From NCBI GenBank assembly GCA_020184695.1, contig JAANOX010000140.1:1-64000 (forward strand): 64,000 bases of DNA, written 5' to 3'. Below, piece after piece: positions 11,815 to 23,623 of this stretch (the first letter of the stretch is position 1; the number at the start of each line of letters is the position of its first letter). A program made the translations under genes and the position numbers. The DNA comes from Histomonas meleagridis 2922-C6/04-290x. Lineage: Eukaryota > Protista > Parabasalia. A model generated the notes under the pieces. That model was given only the letters and a program-made list of their open reading frames with translations, ran no database searches and was not told the origin of the DNA.

Positions 11815-12883
11815 TTAATTACTTAAAAGATTAAAAAAGAATTCGCATTCAATTTGTGATTCTTCTTTAAGATCCGTACAATGTACTGCATTCTGAATGT
11901 TATTTATCCCATAAAGTGCACGAATTGATTGTGGACGAATTGCTTTCGCAATCGAAACATCTCGTGGCCCACATATTTCTCGTAATGAATTAACTGCATC
12001 TTCTTTATATAATTCAAGCGCTAAAATTGGACCTGACGCTAAATCTCTCGAAATTTCATAATAATTATCAACAACGCCTCGATATATCTCAAAGAATTCG
12101 CTCGCTTCTTCAATATTAAATGTCGTCATCATCGCACCAACAATTTCAAATCCATTTTTAAGAATTTGTTGAATTATTTTACCTGAAACTCCTGATTTGA
12201 TTGCATGTGGTTTAATAAGACATAATGTTGTAGTGCCATCAATAAGTGATTTTTATTTGAAGATTTCGTTGATTAAATATAATTTCTATTTCATATGTTG
12301 ATGATGTTAATGTTTCTGATCCATAACAAATTTCATTCCAAAATTTCCTTTCAATAATTTCTTTCCATTTTAAAATAGAATTATTACCAACAATATCAAT
12401 AGCAATAATAGAATCTTTCGTAATACTATTCAAAAGATTTTCAAATGTTTGTTCTTTACGATGTTCTTTTAATAATGAAATTCCAATCTCTTTAGAAATA
12501 GAACCAAATTGAAGTTGTGATACTGAAAGACTATTAGAATATATAGAATCTAGAACTTCGCCTAAATATCGTGAATAACCTGATTTGATTATTCCAAGTG
12601 TATGTTGCATTTTTTCACTTAAAGATTTTCGTGTAAACTCATCTGAAAAATCAATGATTTCATATTGACGTCCATTAATAAGAATTTTACTTCCAATATA
12701 AAGGTCACTCATTTTAATATTGTGAATTGGAGTTTTTCGTAAAAACATTCGTCGATTTTTAACATCATAAATTTCAATTTCTGTTCTTTCTGTATAATAT
12801 ATCAAAATATAATAAAGAGTAAGACCTGATTGTTCATCAAAATATTGTAACTTAAAGCTATATTTTGGGAAATCTGAATACAT
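11815..12883 (-). CDS. NME7: NME7/NDPK7 (DM10 + two NDK domains), left copy with one frameshift near 12240
   Basis: DM10-type N-terminus (YFDEQSGL...EIYDVKNRRMFLRKT...LYIGSKILINGRQ) and NDK domain B (TLCLIKPHA...SGP...CGPRD...NAVHCTD). Confidence 0.9.
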
Positions 12884-13199
12884 TTGAAAAATAATAAAGA
12901 AAAGTTAACGTGCATTTTCATATCAAAAGTCATTTTGATGAATGTGATAAAGAAAATATTTTTTAAACAGTGATAAAGAAAATTACATGTTAACACTTAT
13001 ATCAAAATTAAAAATTAAAACAATTCATAATATTTTACTGACTTTGTGAGCTTGGTCCAAAATTATGTACGCGTACATGAAGAGGCTTTAGCTTTTATAT
13101 GTTAAGAACCTTTGTTGTATTTGATTGAACTTTTCCAATATATTTTGTTTCTTTATTGGTAAATTCAAATTATTTATCTTTAGTTACATTTAATTCACT

Positions 13200-14405
13200 T
13201 TAACAAGAATTAAACATTTCGTCAATGAAAAACGGCACTGCGATATTACTGTGAATTTGTCCTCGCGCATAAATAGATAAAACAATAAGATAAAATGGCA
13301 ACGCAATGACTAACATTTTCCGACCTTCTTTCGTTGACAAAATGCAATCAAATCCAATTAATATCGAAAATATCGAACAAGGTAATGCGTATCGATAAAT
13401 ATCAATATGCGATAAGCAGCTGATATAAATCAGATATATACTTGAAAGAACTCCAATTGGAATTGATTTTGTATATGTTATAAGATGTCCTATGAAAATG
13501 ATCGTAAAAAATATGATAAATGAATGTGAATAAAGTTCGTCGCCATTTCGTTGGATGTTTAATATTTCATGAAATGGCTTCCCAATAAGACTTTGCGAGC
13601 CTTGGTTATAATGAATGTATGCTAATGGGTCATTAAACATATATTTATGCAATAAAATTAATGTTATAGGTGCAAGAAAAGTCAAAAACATTCCAATCGC
13701 TTTAAAAATACAAAATCGTAACAAATAACAAATTCCGATGCTGGCGCCAATGGCCATGCCTTCGATTCGTGTGTAACAACACATCCAAATACTAAAGAGC
13801 ATAAATATATATTGATCCGTCTTATAAAAAATAAATGTTAAAAAGACAAAAAACATAAACAATGGTTCACTCGATCCAACTGAATGATAAATAACAAATC
13901 GAATTGGTAAAAAAACTGAAAGAATTGTCGTAAGAAGAGGATTACGAACAGTTTTGGTGACAATTAATAATCTTCGTAAGCCATAAACATATAAAAATGA
14001 TGAAACAAGAATCGATAAATGAAAACCTAAATAATAATTATTTAAACCAAAAAGTTTCATTGGTAAACAAATTTTAGAACAAATTGTGATTAACATAGGA
14101 TATCCTGGTAAATGACATGCAAAATATGATGGATTCATATGATAATACTTTGTCCAAGGATTTGTTAAAGGAATTTTATAACCAGTCATACTGACATATA
14201 AATAATTCGGTCCATCCCAATAACTAAATATATCATAAAATGGTCCTGTAACTGCGGTATTTATCCAGATAAAAAGTGTTAATAAAAACATTGTTAAAAA
14301 ACAAATTAAATCTTCTCTAGTTAGCTTCCAGAAACCTTTTGGAATTTTCTCTGATGACATTAATGTATTCCATACTGAATGATCTTTTTTCTTCTTTTCT
14401 TCCAT
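13200..14405 (-). CDS. GT-C-fold polytopic glycosyltransferase (PIG-V/mannosyltransferase-like), left copy intact, 401 aa
   Basis: Multiple hydrophobic helices. The YWDGPNY after TM1, LPGYP, SEPLF and TRIEG motifs parallel the WD..Y / FPGYP / YSESLF / R-x-G motifs of GT-C mannosyltransferases. Confidence 0.6.
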   Translation of the reverse strand: MEEKKKKDHSVWNTLMSSEKIPKGFWKLTREDLICFLTMFLLTLFIWINTAVTGPFYDIFSYWDGPNYLYVSMTGYKIPLTNPWTKYYHMNPSYFACHLPGYPMLITICSKICLPMKLFGLNNYYLGFHLSILVSSFLYVYGLRRLLIVTKTVRNPLLTTILSVFLPIRFVIYHSVGSSEPLFMFFVFLTFIFYKTDQYIFMLFSIWMCCYTRIEGMAIGASIGICYLLRFCIFKAIGMFLTFLAPITLILLHKYMFNDPLAYIHYNQGSQSLIGKPFHEILNIQRNGDELYSHSFIIFFTIIFIGHLITYTKSIPIGVLSSIYLIYISCLSHIDIYRYALPCSIFSILIGFDCILSTKEGRKMLVIALPFYLIVLSIYARGQIHSNIAVPFFIDEMFNSC

Positions 14406-14693
14406 TTTTAAGGAGGACGTTAAAATAAACGGATTTTTTGATTTTTTATCAGATAAGAAAGATTAAATATGATAAGTTTTCTTCATTCTTGCCTTTTCAT
14501 TTGAATTAATAATAATAAAAATAACATATGATAAATATAGTTTCAACTATTTTACTGTAACATTTCAATAAAGAAACTTTTGTTTGAAGAAAAAGTTTTT
14601 AATCTTTCAACTTTAGATAGAATATTATTTTTTTAAAAAAAAATTTATTGTTATTAATAATTTTTTTTTTTAATCATTTTTATTTTTGAAGAT

Positions 14694-15332
14694 ATGAAAA
14701 CAATATATATCTTTTTTATTGAAGTTTGTATTCTTGCATTTATAGAATTATTAGGACATTTCATTATATGTACAAATTGGTCTTATATTCTTACACCAAC
14801 TTGTATCAATGCAGGAGGTATTTTAGCATTGATAAATATAAGTGCGATTTGTATTTGTATTTTTTCTGCTTTAACAATAATTTTAATTGTTATAAATATT
14901 ATCCATTTCATATTAAAAAAATATTTAAACAAATGTCTCCTTATAATTATTGGTGTATTTTGGTTTGCTACTCTTGTATGTGTAAGTTTAAATTTTTCAT
15001 GTATAATTAATCCTAATTCTTTCGGAATTTTTAGTTTATTTTATGGGAAAACAAATACAAAAGCAGATCAATATGTTGAACAATTAGAATCTTATAGGAA
15101 ATCAAGTCAAGAAGCTTTAAAAGATTATAATAATTTTCGAAAAAGATGGCTTATTCAACAAAATAATTTATTAATATATGATATGTTTACAGTATTGACA
15201 TATAATAATCTTCCTACATGTCTCATTGTACAGGTCATCGGTATTATTTTTTTTATTATCATTCTTATGGTCTTTTTTATAAGACAAAATATAGAATGGA
15301 GTGATCAAAACAAATGTTCTTATGATTATTAA
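14694..15332 (+). CDS. Four-TM hypothetical membrane protein (212 aa; 3 TM + large loop + TM)
   Basis: ATG ORF with four hydrophobic segments in tetraspanin-like topology but without the CCG motif. Confidence 0.6.
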   Translation: MKTIYIFFIEVCILAFIELLGHFIICTNWSYILTPTCINAGGILALINISAICICIFSALTIILIVINIIHFILKKYLNKCLLIIIGVFWFATLVCVSLNFSCIINPNSFGIFSLFYGKTNTKADQYVEQLESYRKSSQEALKDYNNFRKRWLIQQNNLLIYDMFTVLTYNNLPTCLIVQVIGIIFFIIILMVFFIRQNIEWSDQNKCSYDY

Positions 15333-15425
15333 TATTAAAATTCTTTTTTATCATAAACTTTAATAAAAATATTTTCTCATTAAATAAATAAATAAATAAA
15401 AAGTTACCGAATGTTTCACCGCTTT

Positions 15426-16536
15426 TTATTTCTTTTTATCCATAAGTTTTAGGATTGACATTGGTAAATAACCAACTGTACCTGACGCTGTTTTGCATCT
15501 TGCTTTCGTCCCATCGTCGGAGAGCCAACACACGTATTGCCCTTTCTTGATACTTAATTCTTCGTTCCCTTCTCCATTATAATCTTCTTCAACATGATAA
15601 ACTTTCCGTTTATATGTTTTGTTACTCTTTAAGAACGTCGATGGAATTTTCCCTTTAACTCGACATTTATCACTTTCAATAATTACATTCGATCCTTGAA
15701 CTTTAATAACTTTAACAATTTCGCCTGCTTCAACTGTTAAATAATCGCTGTTTGGACTTGAAAATTCGCACATGACTGTCATAAATGTGGAATGTAATTC
15801 ATTATAAAATACTTTGTTCCATGGTAAATAATCAAAAATATCAAAATTTAAGACTGGAACATCTGAAAATGTTTCAACAATAGTGGAAACTTTACGCGGA
15901 GATAAAACATCGTTATCATGAATGTTCGAGATAAGTGTATCAAGTTTAGTTCGCGCTTTAGTCGTTAATTCAACGTATGACGACGCAAGATTGTCACATA
16001 TCTCTGAGAAGTGGTATAAACACGTTTGAACATTACTGAAGAATTCTCGTTCCCCATTTTCATAATCAAATATAATTTCTTCGATAGATCGTTGAAATCC
16101 TCGACGCGAACGACCAACTTCGTCGCACGCCTCAATCGCGCGCTTCTCGATTTCATAACATTCATTTCGAAGTTTGTCACGTTCGCCTTGGCGCGTCGGT
16201 TCTTTCATCGCTATGTCGCCTGCCTTTTCGATTTGTTCACAATGATTAACATAATTTTTATATTCTTCTTTATATAATAACTTGGTTAGGATCATAATTA
16301 GCTATAAATTCAACAGCCCAATCAGTAAATTCTTTCTCAATACTTGGTCGTTCTGTTTCTGATAGTTGAAGTTTAATATCATTTAAAAATAAACTGAAGT
16401 CGTCAATAAACGTTATATAAGACTGTGAAAATGATGTAAACATCTTTTGAATGATATCACACATCTCCAATCGCCGTTCTGATGAGGATATTAATTTTTT
16501 ATAAATGCCATTAATTGCTTTTAAACCTGTGGACAT
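15426..16536 (-). pseudogene. F-BAR + 2xSH3 protein, left copy broken by a ~128-bp internal deletion (real or consensus artefact)
   Basis: Matches the right copy but lacks right-arm 49405-49533, causing a frameshift near 16278. Confidence 0.55.
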
Positions 16537-17235
16537 GATAATACGAAGACGTTTATCTGCAAACTATGATAAACGGTTTTATAAAATTTTTAAATTTAAT
16601 TTTCAATTAAAAATTATTTAACCCTGAGGCACTTTTTATCACGTTTTTTAATAAGTTTTACATCGCGTCATTTCAATAAAAAAAGATTTTCATTTTTTAT
16701 ATGAGGCAAAAAATAAAGATTGAAAATATTCCATAAAAATACTTTTAATAATACAAAAATTAAATAATCTGGAAGGAATAAAAATTTATCATTTAGAAAA
16801 AAAAAATTAATAAAGTCTTAATTTTATTTAACATGCAACCTGATTTTTAGAAATGATATTTAATGTGTTTTCTCTTTTATTATATCATTACAATTATATC
16901 TTTTTTTATAGAAAGTAGCACCTTTAAAGTCTTTTTTCTGTTTCGTCTTGATTTTTTAATAGTTTTATCCTTAAAATATAATATTTAATTAACAAGATTT
17001 CTTATTTTATTTATATGTATATAAAACTTAATTAATATTAAATTATTTTGAAATCACCAATAATTTAGAAAATTTATTTCCAAAGATTTTATAAGTTAAA
17101 AAGTTATATTTGGTATATTTAACTTTAATACTAACTTTTAAAAAAGAAATTTAATTCCATATTGAAGTATTCGAAAAATGTTTATGAGCGCACGTTTATT
17201 AATATTATCTTTATTTCCATAAATCATTTTTTGGT

Positions 17236-19625
17236 TTGATTTCTTTTTCGATTGATGCTGTTAAGTCAGCAATTCAATCATTTGTTACAAACCCATCAGA
17301 AGAAATTCGATCTAATGCAGAACAATATATTACATTTTGGATGAATTCACCAGAAAGTTTTCCAATTTCGATTGGATTACTTCAAACAGAGACACAAATT
17401 CCATATATATTTTTTGGGTGTTATTGTATTCAACATTTAATTGAAAAACATTTGGATTTTTTTGAACAAGAAAAAACAGATCTTACTTTTTTTACACTTA
17501 TGACATTTCTTCAACGAAATCAACAAAACATTAATCAATCACATATTATCAAATGTATAACATGTCTTTGTTATTTAATTTTTATAAATTTTAAATATTT
17601 TGAAGTTTGTATTCAAGAATTTCGAGGTGAATTACTTCTTCTTTTTTTATATCTTCTTTTTGATTCATATAATGAAGGAGAACAATTTATTTATCGATAT
17701 AACATTGGATTAGAAGTTCGAAAGAATCTTAATATTGTTACAGAATTTGGATTTATAACACTTGATAATTGTCCTATTTCTAATTTTTGGTTAAAACTTT
17801 ATAAATCATTATTTATATTTCAAAACGATTTTAAAATGTTTTATAAATATTTTAATGTTATTAAAGAAATTACTATTTCAATGGAATATAAATATGAAAT
17901 TTATCAAATAATTTATGAAATATTAGAAAAATATTCGAATAAATTAGATGATGAAGATAAAAATTATTGTTTTAATATTATTGGACTTTTAATTTATATG
18001 ATTTTTCATAATGTTAAAGAAGGGATTAAAGAAGAAGAAACATATCAATTTATAGTTAATTTAATGGAAACATTTTTTGATGAAGTTTCATTTGATTTTT
18101 TTGCAGAAATTTCACAAATTCCTTTTTTAAATGATCTCATGAAACAATTTATAAATGTATTTCAAATTTTAATTCAACCGAATGAACTCTTTTTAAATTT
18201 AATAAGTTCATTTTCGACATTTCTTTGTAGTTTTCCACAAAAAGACGAATTTAAAGAAATATTTTATTTATTTTTTCAATTTTTAAATCAAATTATAATA
18301 ATTAACAACGAAATCTTTCGAAATGAAATTATTAAAGGAATACTTTCAGAACTTCAACGATATTTTCCAAATTTTTATGCAGAATTTATACAAATTTTAT
18401 TTCAACATCAACAATATTTCACGATTTTCTTTTTTATTTCATATACAGAAAGTGAATTTTTGGAAATATTTTTTTCAGAACAATGTAATCAAATATTAAT
18501 TACAATAAGTAATAAACCAATTACATCATTACATTATATTTCACAAATTGGATTTCATTTTAGACGATATTCTAAAAATTTATTTTATTAACATTTGAAT
18601 TTCTTGAACAAATGCCAAATTTAGTTCTTGAAGTTATTAATAAATATTCGAGTACAGAACCAGAACTTTTAATCCCATTTATACCAATTTTAATTGAATT
18701 TTGTAAAAACACGACAATTAATTTATTATTACAAATATTTATTATATTATATCGAATAAGTTCATTTGAACCAAATCTTTATCCATTTCTTTATGAAAAC
18801 ATATTAAATATTATTAACATTGGGATTAATAATAAACAACAAGAAAATGTATTAAAATTTCTTTATGAATTTATCAAAGAAACACATAATAAAGTTCCTA
18901 ATGACTTTAAATATAAAATGTTTAATTCTATAATTGAAATCTTTCGACCATATTTATTTAATAATGAACAAGAATTTCAAGATAATTTAACTGATTTTTT
19001 TATTATTTGTATTTCATATGATTATATTAATGAAATTAAAAATGTTATTGAATGGACAAATGAAATAATAAAAATTTGTATCCCTAAAAATATATTTGTT
19101 CTTTGTAGTTATTTTATTGATTATTTTCCTATTGAAGGAATTTTAACATTTATTTATTCATTTGATTATCAAAATGATATTATTACTGGATCTAAAATTA
19201 TAGATTTTGTTCATGATTTATATTTAAAATCGAATATATTTTGGAATTATATTCGAATTGATTTTCTTCTTTCATTATTTAATATTCCAAATATTGTTTT
19301 AATTAATTCAACATTATCAATGTTTAATGATATTTGTAAACAAAAAATTGATAATAATATTTGTATAATAATAATAGAAAATATATTTAAAGGATTAATT
19401 ACGATATATTATGAAGAACAAATCCGTAGATCATCAGCATTAATCATTCAAATGATTGACAATGAAAGTATCACAGTTGGTAACATTATTGAAGTAATAA
19501 AAGAAATTATTCAATTAAATGAAGAAACAATTTCAATAATTTATGATGGATTTATTACATGTGATACTAATACTATTTTTATAATTTTGAAACAAATTAG
19601 TGAATACTCAAAAACTAATAAATAA
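17236..19625 (+). CDS. Importin-beta/karyopherin-like HEAT/ARM protein (~790 aa), left copy frameshifted near 18590; start uncertain
   Basis: N-terminus ...EEIRSNAEQYITFWMNSPESFPISIGLL...YIFFGCYCIQHLIEKH resembles the IBN_N helix pair; helical Leu/Ile/Phe-rich remainder. Confidence 0.5.
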
Positions 19626-19743
19626 ATAAATAAATAAAAAATTTTAAAAATTTTAAATTTTATTATCGATGTAAAAAAGTGCTGTTTTTTCAATGAAATT
19701 ATTAAGGCACCCTATACATATTGAGAAGTTTATTTTTTATTCA

Positions 19744-20352
19744 ATGTCTAATTATGAAGGAGACAACAATAACAATTCTAATAATAATTTAACCAAAAAA
19801 ATCGTAGTTATTGGAGATTCGAATGTAGGTAAGACCAGTATTATTTGTAGATATACCAATGAATTTTTTGATTCTAATTGTACTACAACCATTGGAACGT
19901 CTTTTGTTTTAAAATATCTTCCAGAATTTGGTGAGAACAAAAGTTTTAAAATCTGGGACACAGCAGGACAAGAAAGATATAGGTCGATTGTACCTATTTA
20001 TTTTCGAGGTACAGATGCAATTATTTTAGTTTTTGATTTAACCAACAAAAAGTATACAGAATCTATAGATCAATGGCTTAAATTTATTAGTGAAAATGTT
20101 AACGATAATATTCCTATTTTTTTAGTTGGGAATAAGTTTGATTTAGTTAATGAATATTCAACTCTTTCCCTTATAGCAGACACTGTTAAGCGGTATAATC
20201 TTCCATATTCACTTACATCAGCGAAAACAGGGCAAGGAATTAATCAACTTTTTCTTGAAATTGGGAAACAATTGTTCGAAATGTTTGAACCGATTAACGA
20301 ATCGCCACCAGTTCTTATAAGTAATGAAGAAAAGAAAGGCAAATGCTGTTGA
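19744..20352 (+). CDS. Rab-family small GTPase (202 aa), left copy intact
   Basis: GDSNVGKTS, TIG, WDTAGQERYRS, GNKFD, TSAK and C-terminal GKCC prenylation motif; ATG at 19744. Confidence 0.95.
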   Translation: MSNYEGDNNNNSNNNLTKKIVVIGDSNVGKTSIICRYTNEFFDSNCTTTIGTSFVLKYLPEFGENKSFKIWDTAGQERYRSIVPIYFRGTDAIILVFDLTNKKYTESIDQWLKFISENVNDNIPIFLVGNKFDLVNEYSTLSLIADTVKRYNLPYSLTSAKTGQGINQLFLEIGKQLFEMFEPINESPPVLISNEEKKGKCC

Positions 20353-20411
20353 AATGTTTGTAATATTTTTTGTAATTAAACATTTTATTTGTGGAATTTT
20401 TTTAAGTGAAT

Positions 20412-23400
20412 TAAAACAAAACATTTACTTAATTTGATTATTTAAATCTAAAGAAGAAACATTTTATTGTTAAATATTTCACATCGATATTATTTGAAAT
20501 GTGAATATTATAATAAAACAAAACATTTACTGAATTTGATTATTTAAATCTAAAGAAGAAACATTTTATTGTTAAATATTTCACATCGATATTATTTGAA
20601 ATGTGAATATTATAATAAAAACAAAACATTTACTGAATTTTATTATTTAAATCTAAAGAAGAATCATTTTATTGTTAAATATTTCACATCGATATTATTT
20701 GAAATGTGAATATTATAATAAAACAAAACATTTACTGAATTTGATTATTTAAATCTAAAGAAGAAACATTTTATTGTTAAATATTTCACATCGATATTAT
20801 TTGAAATGTGAATATTATAATAAAACAAAACATTTACTGAATTTGATTATTTAAATCTAAAGAAGAAACATTTTATTGTTAAATATTTCACATCGATATT
20901 ATTTGAAATGTGAATATAATATTAAAACAAAACATTTACTGAATTTGATTATTTAAATCTAAAGAAGAAACATTTTATTGTTAAATATTTCACATCGATA
21001 TTATTTGAAATGTGAATATTATAATAAAACAAAACATTTACTGAATTTGATTATTTAAATCTAAAGAAGAAACATTTTATTGTTAAATATTTCACATCGA
21101 TATTATTTGAAATGTGAATATTATAATAAAACAAAACATTTACTGAATTTGATTATTTAAATCTAAAGAAGAAACATTTTATTGTTAAATATTTCACATC
21201 GATATTATTTGAAATGTGAATATTATAATAAAAAAAAACATTTACTGAATTTGATTATTTAAATCTAAAGAAGAAACATTTTATTGTTAAATATTTCACA
21301 TCGATATTATTTGAAATGTGAATATTATAATAAAAACAAAACATTTACTGAATTTGATTATTTAAATCTAAAGAAGAAACATTTTATTGTTAAATATTTC
21401 ACATCGATATTATTTGAAATGTGAATATTATAATAAAACAAAAACATTTACTGAATTTGAATATTTAAATATAAAAGAAGAAACATTTTATTGTTAAATA
21501 TTTCACATCGATATTATTTGAAATGTGAATATTATAATAAAACAAAACATTTACTGAATTTGATTATTTAAATCTAAAGAAGAAACATTTTATTGTTAAA
21601 TATTTCACATCGATATTATTTGAAATGTGAATATTATAATAAAAAAAAACATTTACTGAATTTGATTATTTAAATCTAAAGAAGAAACATTTTTATTGTT
21701 AAATATTTCACATCGATATTATTTGAAATGTGAATATTATAATAAAACAAAACATTTACTGAATTTGATTATTTAAATCTAAAGAAGAAACATTTTATTG
21801 TTAAATATTTCACATCGATATTATTTGAAATGTGAATATTATAATAAAACAAAACATTTACTTAATTTTATATTTAAATCTAAAGAAGAAACATTTTATT
21901 GTTATATATTTCACATCGATATTATTTGAAATGTGAATATTATAATAAAACAAAACATTTCCTTAATTCTATATTTAAATCTAAAGAAGAAACATTTTAT
22001 TGTTAAATATTTCACATCGATATTATTTGAAATGTGAATATTATAATAAAACAAAACATTTACTGAATTTGATTATTTAAATCTAAAGAAGAAACATTTT
22101 ATTGTTATATATTTCACATCGATATTATTTGAAATGTGAATATTATAATAAAAAAAAATATTTCCTTTAATTTTTATATTTAAATCTAAAGAAGAAACAT
22201 TTTTATTGTTATATATTTCACATCGATATTATTTGAAATGTGAATATTATAATAAAAACAAAACATTTACTGAATTTGATTATTTAAATCTAAAGAAGAA
22301 ACATTTTTATTGTTAAATATTTCACATCGATATTATTTGAAATGTGAATATTATAATAAAAACAAAAACATTTACTGAAGTTGATTATTTAAATCTAAAG
22401 AAGAAACATTTTATTGTTAAATATTTCACATCGATATTATTTGAAATGTGAATATTATAATAAAACAAAACATTTCCTTAATTTTATTATTTAAATCTAA
22501 AGAAGAAACATTTTATTGTTATATATTTCACATCGATATTATTTGAAATGTGAATATTATAATAAAACAAAACATTTACTGAATTTGATTATTTAAATCT
22601 AAAGAAGAAACATTTTATTGTTAAATATTTCACATCGATATTATTTGAAATGTGAATATTATAATAAAACAAAACATTTCCTTAATTTTATTATTTAAAT
22701 CTAAAGAAGAAACATTTTATTGTTAAATATTTCACATCGATATTATTTGAAATGTGAATATTATAATAAAACAAAACATTTACTGAATTTGATTATTTAA
22801 ATCTAAAGAAGAAACATTTTTATTGTTAAATATTTCACATCGATATTATTTGAAATGTGAATATTATAATAAAACAAAACATTTACTGAATTTGATTATT
22901 TAAATCTAAAGAAGAAACATTTTTATTGTTAAATATTTCACATCGATATTATTTGAAATGTGAATATTATAATAAAAACAAAACATTTACTGAATTTTAT
23001 TATTTAAATCTAAAGAAGAAACATTTTTATTGTTAAATATTTCACATCGATATTATTTGAAATATGAATATTATAATAAAACAAAACATTTACTGAATTT
23101 GATTATTTAAATCTAAAGAAGAAACATTTTATTGTTAAATATTTCACATCGATATTATTTGAAATGTGAATATTATATTAAAACAAAACATTTACTGAAT
23201 TTGATTATTTAAATCTAAAGAAGAAACATTTTATTGTTAAATATTTCACATCGATATTATTTGAAATGTGAATATTATAATACATTTACTGAATTTGATT
23301 ATTTAAATCTAAAGAAGAAACATTTTATTGTTAAATATTTCACATCGATATTATTTGAAATGTGAATATTATAATAAAACAAAACATTTACTGAATTTGA

Positions 23401-23594
23401 TTATTTAAATCTAAAGAAGAAACATTTTATTGTTAAATATTTCACATCGATATTATTTGAAATGTGAATATTATATTAAAACAAAACATTTACTGAATTT
23501 GATTATTTAAATCTAATGAAGAAACATTTTATTGTTAAATATTTCACATAGATATTATTTGAAATGTGAATATAATATTAAAACAAAACATTTT
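20412..23594. repeat. Tandem array of ~31 copies of a 102-bp AT-rich unit with an internal inverted repeat
   Basis: Consensus AAAACAAAACATTTACTGAATTTGATTATTTAAATCTAAAGAAGAAACATTTTATTGTTAAATATTTCACATCGATATTATTTGAAATGTGAATATTATAAT; ACATCGAT recurs at 20481, 20583, 20686, etc. Confidence 0.98.
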
Positions 23595-23623
23595 AATTTG
23601 TTTTTTACTTGTTAAAATTATTT

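Noticed and set aside
14694-15332. Tetraspanin
   Set aside because: The topology is similar, but the CCG motif and conserved extracellular cysteines are absent.
20470-20510. Bacterial CRP-like TGTGA/TCACA operator in the repeat unit
   Set aside because: The half-sites are in inverse order with the wrong spacing, and the locus is eukaryotic.
20412-23594. CRISPR array (regular, hairpin-containing repeats)
   Set aside because: There are no unique spacers (the entire 102-bp unit repeats), no cas genes, and the context is eukaryotic.
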